The notes under the pieces: model-generated | What the model saw: the letters and a program-made list of their open reading frames with translations, nothing else | The model's database searches: none | Told to the model about the DNA's origin: nothing | Part shown: in pieces, positions 61,805 through 64,000 of the stretch | How positions within the stretch are numbered: the stretch's first letter is position 1 | Layout: each line of letters opens with the position of its first letter | Translations under genes and position numbers: made by a program | IMG/VR virus record: IMGVR_UViG_3300028903_000005 | Direction: 5' to 3' (one strand) | Source: an uncultured virus (IMG/VR IMGVR_UViG_3300028903_000005) | Lineage: Duplodnaviria > Heunggongvirae > Uroviricota > Caudoviricetes | DNA: 64,000 bases

Positions 61805-63058
61805 TTAACTATATGGTTTCACTAACACGGGGGAGGGAGAACTATACCCCGTCTTATTTGCCCACACATAATAAAAGTGATCTGAAGTCAATCCTGTAAG
61901 TACTGCAAGACCGCGTGTATTACTTGTTGCAGTAGATATAACCGATGTGGTTGTGTCTTGCGCGTAATACGTTGCACTTGAAATAGGGTTTCCATATAAA
62001 CTATCACGCACAATGCCAACAATACGAGTATTACTATATTGTGCCGTTGGGATTAATGGTATTGTTAAATTGATTGGGCCACTTGCTAACGGAGTAAATG
62101 TATTAACATCTGATGCATATCCGCTTTTATTAGTCATAATTGTTAGTGGGACACCATAAGTTAAAGATGCACTATCCATATTAAAGGAGCCGTCTGCTGC
62201 CGATGTTGCAGAATACACAATTCCGGATTGTGTAGCATTTATAACAGCACCCGATATTGCAGAAGACGTATATGCATCAACAACATATCCCATAGGTATA
62301 ACCGATGTTGAAGAAGAATCATATGTGATTTCTACGTAACCATATGCACCGTTCCCCCCGGGGCCGCCAAGAGCGAAGTGACCAGCAACCGGGCTACCAG
62401 CGCCCCCGCCTCCTCCTCCAGCACCATTACCAATTCCACCGGGTGAACCATATGATGTACGTAAATTATCCGATGTTGTTCCAGTAATACTATTCAATCC
62501 ACTATATGCAATTTGATAATTACCATAACCATTTGCACCTCTAGAAGAACTCCCCGAACTTAATGTTACAACATACCATCCGCCATCACCGGATGGGTAA
62601 CTATGCCAAGATATATATGGGGCAGCCCCGCCTTCAGCAATATAACCAAATGCAGAAGAATTTCCTCCGGGTTCCCCATAATAATAATATTGAATGCCAT
62701 CTGTTCCCACTAAATATTTACCATCAACCCCTATACCCGGTTTTCCAACTATTATAGAATAAGATTGCCCCGGAGTAACAGGAATATTGCTTTGTGTTAC
62801 GTATGTACCAGCATTGCCACCAGCCCCATTCCCAGATCCAATAAAACCACCAACTTGATTATAAACCCAATAATATCCACCAACCCCCCCGGATCCACCA
62901 CCAATCATTTTTATTGATACAGTGGTCACATCAGAAGGGCATGTCCATATACCATCTTGCGTAAACGAAACTGTTTGTGAAACAGCTAAAGAGGGGGTTA
63001 CTAATAATATTGTTGCTAATAGTAAAACAATATATTTGAAATTCATAATCCAAACCAC
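61805..63058 (-). CDS. Secreted glycine-rich-domain protein with Ig-like (carboxypeptidase-regulatory-like) domains; putative adhesin or tail protein
   Basis: Signal peptide, F...G.WTCP..VT.V....IGGGSGG, VTPGQSY.I.VG, and two G.V.D....I..A...NK.GY repeats. Confidence 0.8.
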   Translation of the reverse strand: MVWIMNFKYIVLLLATILLVTPSLAVSQTVSFTQDGIWTCPSDVTTVSIKMIGGGSGGVGGYYWVYNQVGGFIGSGNGAGGNAGTYVTQSNIPVTPGQSYSIIVGKPGIGVDGKYLVGTDGIQYYYYGEPGGNSSAFGYIAEGGAAPYISWHSYPSGDGGWYVVTLSSGSSSRGANGYGNYQIAYSGLNSITGTTSDNLRTSYGSPGGIGNGAGGGGGGAGSPVAGHFALGGPGGNGAYGYVEITYDSSSTSVIPMGYVVDAYTSSAISGAVINATQSGIVYSATSAADGSFNMDSASLTYGVPLTIMTNKSGYASDVNTFTPLASGPINLTIPLIPTAQYSNTRIVGIVRDSLYGNPISSATYYAQDTTTSVISTATSNTRGLAVLTGLTSDHFYYVWANKTGYSSPSPVLVKPYS

Positions 63059-63351
63059 CCAAGTATAGTTTCTATAATGCCTTTGTTATTTTTACTCACG
63101 GTGATCATTTCGACATAATTTTCATATCTCACCATATATGTATCATTGTCTGGAAAAGATAATAATAAATTCCCGTTTTGTGGAATATCTGATGTATATA
63201 AATATGTTACATTGAAAGTAGAGGGCACGGATATGTATTGTTCTCCACCGTAAGTAATACTCACCAATTTATAATCTTCTGCTAACACGGGGGATATAAC
63301 TAAACATGTTAGAAACATTAATATTAATATTTTTTCTTTCATTTCAAACAC
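63043..63351 (-). CDS. Small secreted protein
   Basis: N-terminal signal peptide. Confidence 0.6.
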   Translation of the reverse strand: MFEMKEKILILMFLTCLVISPVLAEDYKLVSITYGGEQYISVPSTFNVTYLYTSDIPQNGNLLLSFPDNDTYMVRYENYVEMITVSKNNKGIIETILGWFGL

Positions 63352-63399
63352 CTTTATATATGATAATAGTTTTAAGTATTAAAAGGTTTTGGTTGTTTA

Positions 63400-63858
63400 T
63401 TATACATTCTTAAACATTGACATTACTATACCAGTGATTGAAGCTAGCAAAGCCCCGAATGCAAGGGGCTGAATAACAACCGGCATTGTAATTCCAATCC
63501 CATCGGAAAATAAGAATGCACCCGCGAGTAGGAGACCTGTGATAGATGCAAGTCTCAAGTTAGCATGTGATAGCCACATCCCGATGTAGATGAAGAAAAA
63601 AATTAAAAATGAGGGAACAGATAAGCTGCCCATTGTTGTCCACGCATAGGGGGAAAGAGCGTTTTGTGGGAATGTTATAATAGAGAAGTTGGAGGAGGTA
63701 AGATTATCAAAGGCTTTACCATACGTTGTAACTTCTAAAGGTGTAATCGTGGGTGTGGGAGTAATAGTTATATACGGAGGCGAATCTGCTTTCACCAACC
63801 CGACAATACTACCAAGCGCGCATAATGTTGGAATTATTTTAGAGATAATAGTATCCAT
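63400..63858 (-). CDS. Membrane protein (signal peptide, TPTP linker, 3 TM helices), putative virion protein
   Basis: Hydrophobic segments and N-glycosylation sequons. Confidence 0.75.
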   Translation of the reverse strand: MDTIISKIIPTLCALGSIVGLVKADSPPYITITPTPTITPLEVTTYGKAFDNLTSSNFSIITFPQNALSPYAWTTMGSLSVPSFLIFFFIYIGMWLSHANLRLASITGLLLAGAFLFSDGIGITMPVVIQPLAFGALLASITGIVMSMFKNV

Positions 63859-64000
63859 TATTTCACCACCCGCTGTCTGTATCGTATGAAGTTACTCGGC
63901 TGGCCTCGTGCCACAAGCGTACGATAATAAATATTTCACATAATATAATTAAAACCCATACTAAACTCATCATCCAGATTATAGAATCACCCGATAGTGC

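Overview
This window is an AT-rich, gene-dense segment of what is most likely a large archaeal virus genome, probably spindle-shaped and possibly infecting a methanogen (the host is my inference). The archaeal signals are TATA/BRE promoters, GGTG(A) ribosome-binding sites, an archaeal family-B polymerase and a Pth2. Replication and nucleotide functions include PolB, a class II ribonucleotide reductase split by a 267-nt group I intron at its catalytic Cys codon, a MazG-like protein and two N4/N6 DNA methyltransferases, one carrying a LAGLIDADG intein. Virion-related genes include an SSV1-VP1-like two-helix capsid protein, membrane proteins, a P-loop ATPase module, a Gly-rich surface protein and two GT-C glycosyltransferases. 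The window also carries tRNA-Leu(CAA), an RlaP-like nucleotidyltransferase, a short tyrosine recombinase and HNH/NUMOD3 endonucleases. Four things stand out as unexplained. (1) A roughly 9-kb co-oriented array of more than 30 tiny basic proteins, about half of them diverged paralogs of one small fold. (2) Gene-insertion footprints inside that array with near-identical 343/343/344-bp periods. (3) A 1648-aa protein combining putative ADP-ribosyltransferase and Pol-beta-type nucleotidyltransferase domains. (4) Apparent over-representation of CGCG and CCGG palindromes. All family calls come from motif recognition by eye; no searches were run.
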